Source: Gemmatimonadales bacterium
GTDB lineage: Bacteria; Gemmatimonadota; Gemmatimonadetes; Gemmatimonadales; GWC2-71-9
Assembly (NCBI GenBank): GCA_038321865.1
Contig: JBBQFH010000015.1
Location: forward strand, 1-64,000
Direction of reading: 5' to 3'
DNA length: 64,000 nucleotides
The notes under the pieces are model-generated. The model searched no databases. It had not been told where the DNA came from and worked only from the letters and a program-made list of their open reading frames with translations. A program made the translations under genes and the position numbers. Shown here one piece after another: positions 1 to 13,809 of the stretch. The number at the start of each line of letters is the position of its first letter. Positions within the stretch are counted from its first letter, which is position 1.

Positions 1-2176
1 CACCGGCCAGATAGAGCAGGCCGGCCCGCTGCGCCAGACGCGGGTCGCCGTCGAGCTCGCGGAGTACGCGCCGGACGCCGGCGCGATCTCCCCGGTCGGC
101 CGAGATGACGCCGTCGTTGAACTGGCGGACCCAGTAATTGCCGCCGGCAAGCTCGATGGCCCGGCGGTGGGCGCGGTCGGCCGCGGGAAAATCATGGGCG
201 TCGCCTTCGATGAGCCCGAGGATATCGAAGGCCTCGTAAAACGTCGAGTCCACCGCGATCGCGCCGAGTGCCGCGGTCCGCGCGCCGGCGCTGTCGCCGC
301 TCGACCAGTAGCTCCACGCGAGGTCGCTGCGCCATTGGGCGGTGGTCGGCTCCAGGTCGATCAGGTGCTTCGCCGACTGGATTACCGCGCTGAACTGGCT
401 CGTTTCCCACCCGATCCAGCTGAACAGCGCTTCCGCCTGGGTCGATAGTGTCCGGTCCCGGCCCAGGCGGAACTGCTCCGCGGCCGCCGTGAAATTCCAG
501 TCCACGTGTACCAGGGCGGCGCCCAGCGCGAAGTAGGGATCGCCGAGCCGGTCGTCGAGCGCCATGGCCCGGTGCGCCGCCCGCTCGATCTCGGCTCGCG
601 CCGAGTCTCGGGGCGCGGTCTGGTAAATGGCGGCGTACGCGTTGGTGAGCGCGAGCGTCGCCCAGGCGGGCGCGAAGGTCGAGTCGATCGCGAGCGAGCG
701 CCGAAGATGATCCACGCTCCCGCGATAGCCCGCCTGGGTGCGCAGATTCGCCTGCTCCTGCCCAAGCAGATATTCGATGTAGGCCTTGGGATCGACGGGC
801 CGGGCCTCGCCGAGCCGGCGCTCCTGGTCGGGCGTCAGGCGGGCGCGGATGCCGCGCGCGATCTCGCCGGCCACGTCATGCTGGAGCGTCAGCACGTTCG
901 CCGCAGGGCGGGAAAAGGTGCGGGCCCAGAGATTCTCGCCGGTGCCGGGATCGGTGAGCTCCGCCGAGATCTGCACCTGGTCGCCCACGCGCAGCACCGC
1001 CCCCGTCACGACGGCATCGACGCCCAGGCGGCGGGCGATCTCGCCGACGGCGAGTGTGCTGCCGCGGTAGGCGGTCACCGCACCATGCCCCAGCACCCGG
1101 ATGCCGGCGTCGGTGAGCACGCCGATCAGCTCGCGGGTCATGCCATCGGCGAAGAAAAGCTGCGTCGAGTCGCCGGACTGGTTTTCCAGCGGGAGGACGG
1201 CGATGCGCTCGATCTTCGGAGCCGACCGCCGGAAGATGCCGCGTCCGCCGAACCAGGCGGCGGCGAGCAGGATTACGACGCCGGCAGCGATGAGGGCGGG
1301 ACGGCGGGCGGTGCGCCGCGGCACGGTCGCGACCGGGGCGGCGCCGGAGCTGAAGCCGGGAGACAGCGCCTGGACGAACTGCGCGGCGGGGTTGAAGCGA
1401 TCCGCCGGGTTCTTGGCCAGCGTGCGAGCCAGCGCGCCGGACACCTCCGCGGACACGGTGGGCCGCAGATTCGTGATCGGCGCCGGCTCGGCGACCATGT
1501 GCTGGCGGATCACGGCCTGCGGCGTGGGGCCGGTGAACGGCGGTTGCCCGCCGAGCATCTCGTACAGCACGCAGCCGAGGCTGTAGAGATCGCTCCGCCC
1601 GTCGATGTCGGCATCGCCGGCGGCCTGCTCGGGACTCATATAGACCGGCGTGCCGACCGACATGCCGGGCTCGGTCAACCGGCCCGCCCGCGCCGCGTTC
1701 AGGGCGCGGGCGATCCCGAAATCGGCAACGGCGGCGTGGCCGCCTTCGATCAGGATGTTTTCCGGCTTGATGTCGCGATGCACCACCCCGCGCGCGTGGG
1801 CGTATCCGAGGGCGTCCGCCACTTCGCGCGCGATCTGCAGGGCGTCGTCGATCGGCAGCTGCCGCTCGCGATCGAGCCGCTCCCGGAGCGATTCTCCTTC
1901 GACGTACGGCATTACGTAATAGAGGAACCCATCGGCTTCGCCCGAGTCGTAGAGCGGCAGAATATGCGGATGCCGCAGATTCGCGGTCGTCTCGATCTCC
2001 TGGAGGAAGCGATCGGCTCCGAGCGCGAGGGCCAGCTCCGGCTTGAGCACCTTGATGGCGACCTTGCGCCGATGCTTGAGGTCGTCGGCGAGATAGACCG
2101 TCGCCATCCCGCCCTTCCCGAGCTCCCGCTCGATGCGGTAGCGGTCGGCGAGCGCGGCGGTCAGGCGTTCGATCAC
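1..2176 (-). CDS. K1: Ser/Thr kinase-TM-TolB-N-like-TPR protein (3' end outside window)
   Basis: Own translation of minus strand: GTG at 2176 overlaps the K2 stop (GTGA). Motifs RYRIERELGKGGMATVYLA, HRDIKPEN, ADFG, then AVLPLENQSGDSTQLFFADGMT and TPR-like helices. No stop seen before position 1. Confidence 0.9.
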   Translation of the reverse strand, partial: MIERLTAALADRYRIERELGKGGMATVYLADDLKHRRKVAIKVLKPELALALGADRFLQEIETTANLRHPHILPLYDSGEADGFLYYVMPYVEGESLRERLDRERQLPIDDALQIAREVADALGYAHARGVVHRDIKPENILIEGGHAAVADFGIARALNAARAGRLTEPGMSVGTPVYMSPEQAAGDADIDGRSDLYSLGCVLYEMLGGQPPFTGPTPQAVIRQHMVAEPAPITNLRPTVSAEVSGALARTLAKNPADRFNPAAQFVQALSPGFSSGAAPVATVPRRTARRPALIAAGVVILLAAAWFGGRGIFRRSAPKIERIAVLPLENQSGDSTQLFFADGMTRELIGVLTDAGIRVLGHGAVTAYRGSTLAVGEIARRLGVDAVVTGAVLRVGDQVQISAELTDPGTGENLWARTFSRPAANVLTLQHDVAGEIARGIRARLTPDQERRLGEARPVDPKAYIEYLLGQEQANLRTQAGYRGSVDHLRRSLAIDSTFAPAWATLALTNAYAAIYQTAPRDSARAEIERAAHRAMALDDRLGDPYFALGAALVHVDWNFTAAAEQFRLGRDRTLSTQAEALFSWIGWETSQFSAVIQSAKHLIDLEPTTAQWRSDLAWSYWSSGDSAGARTAALGAIAVDSTFYEAFDILGLIEGDAHDFPAADRAHRRAIELAGGNYWVRQFNDGVISADRGDRAGVRRVLRELDGDPRLAQRAGLLYLAG

Positions 2177-4842
2177 TTCCCGAGCCCGGTGACGCCGGCC
2201 ACCCAGACGTCGGACTGAAAATCGCTCAGGGTGAAGTACAGCCAGCCGCCGTATTCCGCGGCGCCGAGTGAGGCGGTGCTGTGCGGTCGAGCCGGCTCGT
2301 CGAAGCGGAGGATGGGGTGCGACGCTCCGTCGGACAGGCGGACCGCGAGAAGCTGGCGGTTTCGGCTCATGGCGGCGCCGGCGCCCCGTCCGATCAGGTA
2401 GGCCGTCTGTCCGTCGCCCGACCTCACCATCCCCCCGCTCCACCCCGCGAACAGATCGCGCACGTTGATGCCGGGAGCGCTCAGCGGACGGAACGCTCCG
2501 CCGTCCACCGGCTGCACACCGAAGTGGCCGGTCGAATCGACGCCGACCAGCTGCGTTCCGCTGTCGGCCCACTCCAGGGCGAGCCTGCCGCCGGGCAGGC
2601 GGAGCGTGACAGGACTTCCCCAGCGACCCGCGCCATCCCGCGTCGCGACCTGAAGCGCCCATGGGGCGCTGCTGACCGGCCCGCCCGGAAGCTGCCACAC
2701 GATTCGATGGCCGTCAGGAGACCAGCTGGCATTTCTCTCATCGGGTACCAACCCGGGCGAGAGCCGGACCGGTCTCCCGCCCTCGGCCGGGATGATGAAC
2801 ACCCGGCGAAGTCCCTGCAGCACGGCGTGGTATGCGACCTCCTTCCCGTCGGGTGAAATCGACGGAACAAACGAAGGGTTCGAGTCGTGGGTGATCCGCT
2901 GGACCGGCCCCCCGCCGAGCGGCATCCGGTAGATCTGCTGCACGCCTTCGCGGTCCGAATCGAAGACCAGCCACTTCCCGTCGGCCGAAATCCGGAAGGC
3001 TTCGATGGTCTGGAGATCGTTCGTCACCGGGAGGGCGCCGGCGGTGGAGACCGACCCGCTCGCCGGCACCGGCGTCTTCCAGATGTTGGCGTGGTACGTC
3101 GCCACCGAGTACGCCAGCCGGGTGCCGTCGGCCGAGAGGGAGATCAGGGAGGGATTGAGCCCGGTGGTGACGCGTACCGGCTTCCCGTTTACGTGGCCTT
3201 CGCCGGTGAGATTGAGCTGATAGACGTCGCGCACCCCGGCGAGGGTCGCGACCATCAGCAGCCGCCGCGAATCCGGCGCCCAGGTCGGACTCATGCTGAT
3301 GCCGCCGGGCGCGGTCAGCTGCTGCGCCGCGCCGCCCCGCGCCGCCACGAGCATGATGGTGCTGGGCGCGATGTTGTAGGTCGTGAAATAGTAGGCGTTC
3401 CCCGAGACGAAGGCGATCCATTTTCCGTCGGGCGACCAGGCCGGCGAATGCGGTTGCAGCGCGCGTGCGAGCAACCGTGGCTGCTCGCGCTCCAGTCCGC
3501 CGACGAGCAGTGAATCACCGACGATGTAGGCCACCTGCCTGCCGTCCGGAGACCAGCTGGCGAACGACGCCGCCGGATCGATGACCGTCCCCTGTCCGCC
3601 GAGCGCGGGCTGGCTGGCGAGGCCGCCGGGAGAGCGAACCAGCAGCCGGTCGCCGCCGGGAGACCAGCCGACCGGCGCCTGGCCCCCGGCGATCTGCACC
3701 GCGTCGCCGCCGTCGGTGCGGCGCAGCTCGACGTGCGGTGCGCTGTCGGCGGGACCGAAGGCCATGTAGGCCACCGATTTCCCGTCGGGCGAGATGACGG
3801 GAGACTCCTCCAGGCCAGCGGCGCGGGTGAGCTGGGAGTTGGAAACCAGCACCGCTACCTCCGGCGGACGGCGCATGAGGAGCACGGCCGCCAGGGCAAA
3901 CGCAGCGACGCCGGCACCGGCAATCGCGTATGGCGCCCACCTGCGCGCGCGGCGGCGCGCCACGACCGGCGCGGTCTCGGTCGGCGTCAGCCCGCCGCTC
4001 GGTGTGGCCAGCGGCTCCAGCGCCGCGTGGAGCTCCGCCGCGGTCTGGAAGCGGTCGGCCGGGCGCTTGGCCAGGCAGCGCATCACCACCGACTCGACGG
4101 CTGAAGGAATCGCGGGGCGGCGCTTCGACACCGAGTCGGGCGCCTCGGTCACGTGGGCCGCCAGCACCTGCTGCGGCGTGCCGCCGGTGAACGGCGGCCG
4201 GCCGCTCAGCATCTCATACGCCATCACGCCGACCGAGTAGATGTCGGACCGGTGATCGACGTGCGGGTCGGCCGCGGCCTGCTCCGGCGACATGTAGGTC
4301 GGGGTACCCACCGCCACGCCCAGCGTCGTGATGGTATTGCGGCCGGTCGCTTCGCTGATCGCCTTGGCGACGCCGAAGTCGGTGACCAGCGCGTGTCGCC
4401 CGGACAGCATCACGTTGTCCGGCTTGATGTCGCGATGCACGACGCCGTGCGCGTGCGCTTCGACCAGGGCGTCCACCACCTCGGTCAGCAGGCGCACCGC
4501 CTCATGCACCGGCAGCTCGCCCTCGCGCGCGAGTCGCTCGCGAAGCGACTGGCCCTTGATGTAGGGCATGACGAAGAAGAGGAAGCCGTCGGCCTCACCG
4601 GAGTCGAGCAGCGGGAGAATGTGCGGGTGCTGCAGCTGGGCGGCGATCTTGATCTCACGCAGGAAGCGGCCGGAGCCGAGCGATGCGGAGAGCTCCTCGC
4701 GCAGGACCTTGATGGCGACTTCGCGATCGTGCTTCAGGTCGCGAGCGAGATAGACCGTGGCCATGCCGCCCTGGCCGAGCTCGCGCTCGATGCGGTAGCG
4801 GTCGGCGAGGGCGACTCCGAGGCGATCCGTGGCTGATGTCAT
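2173..4842 (-). CDS. K2: Ser/Thr kinase-TM-TolB/PD40 beta-propeller
   Basis: 889-aa ORF; GQGGMATV, VAIK, HRDIKPDN, DFG; hydrophobic span; repeated WSPDG motifs. Confidence 0.93.
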   Translation of the reverse strand: MTSATDRLGVALADRYRIERELGQGGMATVYLARDLKHDREVAIKVLREELSASLGSGRFLREIKIAAQLQHPHILPLLDSGEADGFLFFVMPYIKGQSLRERLAREGELPVHEAVRLLTEVVDALVEAHAHGVVHRDIKPDNVMLSGRHALVTDFGVAKAISEATGRNTITTLGVAVGTPTYMSPEQAAADPHVDHRSDIYSVGVMAYEMLSGRPPFTGGTPQQVLAAHVTEAPDSVSKRRPAIPSAVESVVMRCLAKRPADRFQTAAELHAALEPLATPSGGLTPTETAPVVARRRARRWAPYAIAGAGVAAFALAAVLLMRRPPEVAVLVSNSQLTRAAGLEESPVISPDGKSVAYMAFGPADSAPHVELRRTDGGDAVQIAGGQAPVGWSPGGDRLLVRSPGGLASQPALGGQGTVIDPAASFASWSPDGRQVAYIVGDSLLVGGLEREQPRLLARALQPHSPAWSPDGKWIAFVSGNAYYFTTYNIAPSTIMLVAARGGAAQQLTAPGGISMSPTWAPDSRRLLMVATLAGVRDVYQLNLTGEGHVNGKPVRVTTGLNPSLISLSADGTRLAYSVATYHANIWKTPVPASGSVSTAGALPVTNDLQTIEAFRISADGKWLVFDSDREGVQQIYRMPLGGGPVQRITHDSNPSFVPSISPDGKEVAYHAVLQGLRRVFIIPAEGGRPVRLSPGLVPDERNASWSPDGHRIVWQLPGGPVSSAPWALQVATRDGAGRWGSPVTLRLPGGRLALEWADSGTQLVGVDSTGHFGVQPVDGGAFRPLSAPGINVRDLFAGWSGGMVRSGDGQTAYLIGRGAGAAMSRNRQLLAVRLSDGASHPILRFDEPARPHSTASLGAAEYGGWLYFTLSDFQSDVWVAGVTGLGK

Positions 4843-7514
4843 CGCTCCATCAGTTCCACGACGGAGATGTCGCTTTGCCGGTCATTGACGGCGAAGAAGA
4901 GGCGCTTGCCGTCGGTGGTGAAGTCGATGCGATACGATGGATGCGAGAGGTCGTCCAATCTCGCGAGCAATCTCGGCTGGCCACCGTCGATGGAAAGCGA
5001 CCAGAACAGTGCGTGACCTTCCGGATCGCGGCTCCTGAAGAAGAGCGTGCGGCTGTCGGGGCCCCATTGCAATTCCACGGCTTGGGCATCGGCCAGGGAA
5101 CGTCGCGCGTAAAGCAGCCGGCCGTCACCTGAACCCGCGGGATAGAGCCACACACTGTCGGCGACGCTGGACCCACCGAAGCCGGCCCGCCTGGGGTTGG
5201 TCCTCAAGCGACCGTCGGGCGACCAACTCGACAACACGCCTTCTGTCGTCGAATCGACATGCCAGCTCCCGGCACTGTCCTGTGCAGCCACGCACTGCGT
5301 GGGGCCACTGCTGCCGCGACATCCCCACATAAGCGTTTTGCCGTCCGGCATCCACTCGGGCCAGATCCCGTAGTTGCCTTTGGCATTGACCTGCTGGATC
5401 GGGCCGCCACCGACCATTGGCTTGACGATGATGGTCCCTTTGGCGGTGCCTTCGGGATATGAATAGAACACCAGGCGCCTGCCATCCGGAGAGATCCGTC
5501 CACCGAACTCATTCGCCACGTCGTTCGTCAGCGGCTCGGCTTCGCGCTCCCCGAACGCCAGGCGCCAGATGTCGGAGTTTCCATTCCGGTCTGCATCGAA
5601 GATCAGGGCCTTGCCATCAGAAGTCACCTGCATGCTCTCGACCAGCTGATGGCCAAAGGTGACCTGCGTCGCCATCGCCGAGGTGGCGGTACCGGTGGAC
5701 AGGATCGGCACTGCCCAGATATTGCCCTGTGCGGTGTACACGGAGTAGGCAAGGCGACGGCCATCGTGCGAAAGTGAGATGGTCGCGGCGTTGAGCGCGG
5801 TTGTCAGCCGGTGCACGTCCCCGACCGCCCGACCGTCGCTGGCTATCTGGATGTAGTAGATGTCCCGTTGACCATCCCGATTCGAGACGAAGTAAAGGCG
5901 ACGGCCGTCGGGAGACCAGACGGGACTGGTGTTGAGTGAAATGCTATCGGTGACGGCAACGGGCGCGCCTCCTGCCGCCGGCGTGATGAAAATCCGGCTC
6001 GGACCAGTGTTTCCCATGTTCGACGCGACGACGCCAAAGTCCCGGGGAGTAGTGCAGGCGATGTGATCACCGCGGGGAGACCAGACGCACTCCTTGTATT
6101 GATGCGGGGCGCTGACGGTGCGTGTTTCGCCACTGGCAATCGTGTACGTCATGAGTGAATCACTGCGTACGAAGAGAACCCGTCGACCATCCGGCGACCA
6201 GCTGGCAGTGGTTACATGGCCTCGTGAGCTCAGGTCAGTGGCTCCGGGCGCACCATTGATCAGCGTAACCGCCGTTCCACCACCGAGTCCCGCCGCAACC
6301 GTGTCCACGCCACCGTCGGCAAGGAAGAGAATGCTGGCGCCGTTCGGCGACCATTGCGGCTCCTGTTGATCGGTGGTCGAATCCTTCGTCAGCGGTACTT
6401 CGCGGCCGCCTGCAACCGGTCGGAGAAAAACACGCACGTGAAGCGATGTTCCCGCGGCATAGGCCATGGTCTTGCCGTCGGGTGAGATTGCCGGCTGGAC
6501 TTCGAGTCCGTCGTCCGTCGTGACGTGCACGATGGCACCGGTTGTCACCGCTCTCTCGCGCTTCGAGCCGAAGATCAGCGCGCCCGCCACCACTCCGAGC
6601 GCTAGCCCCGCGGCAAGGGTAACCCGAACGGTGCGGGTGGGGCGTGCGACCCGACTGGTGACGCGATGTGACCGGGCCGGGCGCGCGTTGCCCCCGAGAG
6701 CATCCGCAAACTCCGCCGCCGTTGCAAACCGGTCCGCCGGCAGCTTGTTAAGTGCGGTCTGAACGGCCTCCGCGACGTGCTGCGGGATGGTCGCGCGGAG
6801 CGTCACGAGATCCTGCGGCTCTGCCGTCATGATCTTGGCAACGATGGCCTGCGCGGTCGGACCACTGAACGGCGGCTCACCGGAGAGCATCTCGTACGCA
6901 ACGCAACCCAGGGCGTACACATCACTCCGCGGCGTGAGCTCGCGTTCGCCCATGGCCTGCTCCGGCGACATGTAATGCGGCGTGCCAAGGGACATGCCGG
7001 TTTCGGTCATGCGGGTCCCGGCCTTGCTGACGGCCAGCGCGATGCCGAAATCCGCGACCATCGGGCGACCATCGTGCAGCAGGATATTCTCGGGCTTGAT
7101 ATCGCGATGGATCACGCCGTGCTGGTGCGCGTAGTGGAGGGCGCTGGCCAGGTCGGTCGCGATCCGCACCGCTTCGTCGATACCGAGCTGAATGTCGCGA
7201 TCGAGCTTCGAGCGGAGCGTCTCGCCGTCGATGAACGGCATGACGTAATAAAGGAAGGAGTCCGCGGTGCCGGAGTCGAAGAGCGGCAGGATGTGCGGAT
7301 GCTGCAGCGCCGCGGTGGTCGTGATCTCCTGGACGAATCGCTCGGCCCCAATAACCGCGGCGAGCTCCGGCTTGAGCACCTTCACGGCGACGCGCCGCTT
7401 GTGGCGGAGGTCTTCGGCGAGATAGACCGTCGCCATGCCGCCCTGCCCGAGCTCCCGCTCGATGCGGTAGCGGTCGGCGAGGGCCGCGGCGAGGCGTTCG
7501 AGGCCCGCGTTCAT
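4839..7514 (-). CDS. K3: Ser/Thr kinase-TM-TolB/PD40 beta-propeller
   Basis: ATG at 7514 (MNAGLERL) overlaps the K4 stop (ATGA); HRDIKPEN, DFG; WSPDG repeats. Confidence 0.93.
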   Translation of the reverse strand: MNAGLERLAAALADRYRIERELGQGGMATVYLAEDLRHKRRVAVKVLKPELAAVIGAERFVQEITTTAALQHPHILPLFDSGTADSFLYYVMPFIDGETLRSKLDRDIQLGIDEAVRIATDLASALHYAHQHGVIHRDIKPENILLHDGRPMVADFGIALAVSKAGTRMTETGMSLGTPHYMSPEQAMGERELTPRSDVYALGCVAYEMLSGEPPFSGPTAQAIVAKIMTAEPQDLVTLRATIPQHVAEAVQTALNKLPADRFATAAEFADALGGNARPARSHRVTSRVARPTRTVRVTLAAGLALGVVAGALIFGSKRERAVTTGAIVHVTTDDGLEVQPAISPDGKTMAYAAGTSLHVRVFLRPVAGGREVPLTKDSTTDQQEPQWSPNGASILFLADGGVDTVAAGLGGGTAVTLINGAPGATDLSSRGHVTTASWSPDGRRVLFVRSDSLMTYTIASGETRTVSAPHQYKECVWSPRGDHIACTTPRDFGVVASNMGNTGPSRIFITPAAGGAPVAVTDSISLNTSPVWSPDGRRLYFVSNRDGQRDIYYIQIASDGRAVGDVHRLTTALNAATISLSHDGRRLAYSVYTAQGNIWAVPILSTGTATSAMATQVTFGHQLVESMQVTSDGKALIFDADRNGNSDIWRLAFGEREAEPLTNDVANEFGGRISPDGRRLVFYSYPEGTAKGTIIVKPMVGGGPIQQVNAKGNYGIWPEWMPDGKTLMWGCRGSSGPTQCVAAQDSAGSWHVDSTTEGVLSSWSPDGRLRTNPRRAGFGGSSVADSVWLYPAGSGDGRLLYARRSLADAQAVELQWGPDSRTLFFRSRDPEGHALFWSLSIDGGQPRLLARLDDLSHPSYRIDFTTDGKRLFFAVNDRQSDISVVELMER

Positions 7515-10041
7515 CGCATCCCCGCGAATGTGAAGAGCAGCGAAGTCCACTTGCGGGTCTCGTAGACATACGAGCGCGGATCGTCGGCGACCGAAAGACG
7601 GGCCGATGCGAACACGGTCGCGGGCGCGTCAATCGTGAGGAGCGGCGAGCGGCGGCCGGTGGCAACCTCGACCTGGTCCACCTGCGGGCGCGAGGGCGTG
7701 CCCGTCTGCACCCAGAGCGACGTCCCGCTCGGGCTCCAGCGGATGACGCTGTCGGCGCCGACGCCGCTCACCGGTGTCGGGGCACCGCCGCCGACTGGGT
7801 AGATCGCGTATTGCCCGCCCCGCCGGACGAGTACTGCGGCGCCATCCGGCCGGGGCAAGCCCGAGCCTAGCCCGTCCGGCATCATCGGCGTGAGTGCCGA
7901 GCCGTCGAGTGGGCTTCGATAACAGCGAGCGTTCTTGCCGGCCGGCGTCCCGCAGACGAACAACGAGCGACCGTCCGGAAAAAATGTGACCGTTGCAACC
8001 GCCTGAAGCCCGGCCCACGTCAGCTGGCGCGGGTTGCCGGCTCCGGCGGGGTACAACCAGAATTGCGGCGGCGTGATGGCGAGCAGACCGATGATCCAGC
8101 GGCCGTCAGGTGAGATCGCCATCGCCGCGCCCTCGCCCAGCCGCACGGCGGGGGACCCGTCGGTCTTCCGGAGCATCACCGCATAGTGCGCGCCGCCCGC
8201 TATGTCGGTAAACGCGACCCACTGACCGTCTGCAGACACCGCCGGCAGGATGGAGCTGTCGAGCCACGAAAGGTCACGGTCGGCGGCCAGGCCCGGCGAG
8301 CGGGCCAGAAGCCCATGGGCCTGATCGTCGCGGGACACGAGCCACCGGCCGTCGCGCCTGACGTCGTGCAGCGTCAGTGATCCGGCACTCGGCAGGACGA
8401 CACGCGCGCGGCCATCGAGGTCGGTTTCGTGCACCTGGAGCGCGACGGTCTCCTCGGACGCGGAGAAAAGCAGGGAACGCCCGTCCGGACGCCATGCGAG
8501 CCCTTCCATGCCGGAAAACTCGGGCGTGACTCTGGCGGCCTTGCCGGCCCGGTCTACGACCATGACCCAGCCCCGGTCGTCGACGGCGAAGTTGTGAACG
8601 AAGAAAGCGACGCGGTCTCCGCTCGGCGAAACCTTGGGATCGGAGAGGTAGCCGCCGGGCACACTGCGATACAGCACCGTGCCGGCCGGGTACTCGAGCT
8701 GCACATGATCACCGGCCGGGCGGATGACCGCGAGCTGCGTCCCGTCGGGCGACCAGTCCGCCTCGTTGACGTTCTCCATCACTTCTCGCGGAGCGCCGCC
8801 GCCGAGCGGCATGCGGGCGAGCGTCCCGGCGAATACCCGGTGGTTGTCATGTCGCGCGTGCGTGAGCAGCGCGAGCTCGCCGGTGCTCGAGACGGCGAGC
8901 AGGTTGGTCGAATCGGGCCCCAGCGCCTCGGGCTCGAGATAGTCGGGCCGAATCACGTAGAGCCGCGGCGTGGATCCGTGGGCGCTCGCGCTGTAGACGA
9001 TCGTCTTCCCGTCCGGCGCCCACCGCGCGTTGATGATCGCTTCCTGCCGGAAGCTGTTCTGCATCACGGAAATGTGCGCGAGATCGGTGGTCGTGGTCCC
9101 GGCCCGACGCAGCAGGTACCCGCTCGTCGCGAGTGCCAGGACGGCCACCCCGATCGCCGCGCGGCTTCGCGGGTCGGCCAGCCAGCGTCGACGCGGCTCC
9201 CGGACTCTTGTTCGGGCCGGCGCAGCCAGCGCCGCCGCAAACTCCGCCGCGCTCGCGAACCGGTCGGCCGGCAGCTTCTCGAGCGCCGTGAGCACCGCAT
9301 CCTCCACCGCGGCAGGCACGCTCTTCCGCTGCTCGGCCAGACTCACCGGCTCGGCGGTCATCACCTTGGCGACGATCGCCTGCGCGGTGCTGCCGGTGAA
9401 CGGTGGATCACCGATCAGCATCTCGTAGGTCATCGCGCCGAGGGCGTAGACATCGGAGCGCGCAGTGATCTCCCGCTGGCCCATCGCCTGCTCGGGGCTC
9501 ATGTAGTGCGGCGTGCCGAGCGACATCCCCGTTTCGGTCATGCGTGAGCCGCCGCCCGCGCTCGACACCGCCAGTGCGATCCCGAAATCCGCCACGAGCG
9601 CCGACCCGTCATGCAGCATGACGTTTTCGGGCTTGATGTCGCGATGGATCACCCCGCGCCGGTGCGCGTAGTCGAGCGCACCGGCCACCTCGGTCGCGAT
9701 CCTCACCGCGTCGGCAATCGGCAGCTGCTTCTCGCGAGTGAGCCGGTCGCGCAGACTCTCCCCCTCGACGAAGGGCATGACGTAGTATGCCGTGCCATTC
9801 ACCTCGCCCGAGTCGATCAATCCAAGGATGTGGGGATGCTGCAGATTCGCGATCGTCTGGATCTCGCGCAGGAAGCGCTCGGCGCCGATGACCGCGGCGA
9901 GCTCCGGGCGGAGCACCTTGATCGCGACCTTGCGCCGGTGCTTCAGATCCTCGGCGAGATAGACCGTCGCCATCCCGCCCGTACCAAGCTCGCGCTCGAT
10001 GCGGTAGCGGTCGGCGAGGGCCGCGGCGAGACGCTCGGCGC

Positions 10042-10045
<4 letters not shown>
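7511..10045 (-). CDS. K4: Ser/Thr kinase-TM-beta-propeller
   Basis: ATG at 10045 (MSAERLAAAL) overlaps an upstream TGA; kinase motifs intact; WAPDG/WSPDG repeats. Confidence 0.92.
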
Positions 10046-13170
<3,125 letters not shown>

Positions 13171-13380
13171 GCTGATTGTCCGGGGGAAGTCTGGTGGAAG
13201 ATAGACCGCTCAGCGGTGTCGGGAAGGGATCGGCCTGAACCGTCCCTCCGGGAACATCTGGCGCCGTTAGCCCCTTCCAGAGGCCTTCCAAAGACGGCGC
13301 ACTCCTTGCAATAGGCCCCCGCGCGCCTGCGTAACCGATACGCAGGTTCCGATCTACGACCGAGGCCTGAGGAGGACATC

Positions 13381-13767
13381 ATGACCCGTGCATCACTGCC
13401 GGCGCTCGCCGGACTGCTCGCCTTGCTGGCCGGTTGCTCCCAGAACCGGTACGACCCCGACCCCTACCCGCAGCAGAACCGCGGCTACCCCCAGGACAAC
13501 CGTGGCTATGGCGGCTACAGCAACGGCACCAGCTTTTCCCCCGCCCGCCGGGCGCTCGAAATGAAGGGCGAGCTCCGGCTCAACGATCGGCAGATCCAGC
13601 AGCTGGCCATGATCGAACGCGACTTCAACCGCGACGGGAACCGCTACGGCGGTGGCTACCGCGACGACCGCCAGGTCCAGCGGGACCGGCAGGGCGAGCG
13701 GCACGAAGTGGACCGCGTCCTCAACCGCCGGCAGCGTGACATCCTCCGCCGGAGCTGGGGCCGCTAG
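13381..13767 (+). CDS. Lipoprotein, Spy/CpxP (LTXXQ)-like
   Basis: GAGGAGG RBS; signal peptide with lipobox LAGC; LRLNDRQ and VLNRRQ resemble LTXXQ motifs. Confidence 0.6.
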   Translation: MTRASLPALAGLLALLAGCSQNRYDPDPYPQQNRGYPQDNRGYGGYSNGTSFSPARRALEMKGELRLNDRQIQQLAMIERDFNRDGNRYGGGYRDDRQVQRDRQGERHEVDRVLNRRQRDILRRSWGR

Positions 13768-13809
13768 GGGGCAGTGCGAGGAGCGCAGCAACCAGGCGGA
13801 CGGGCCGTG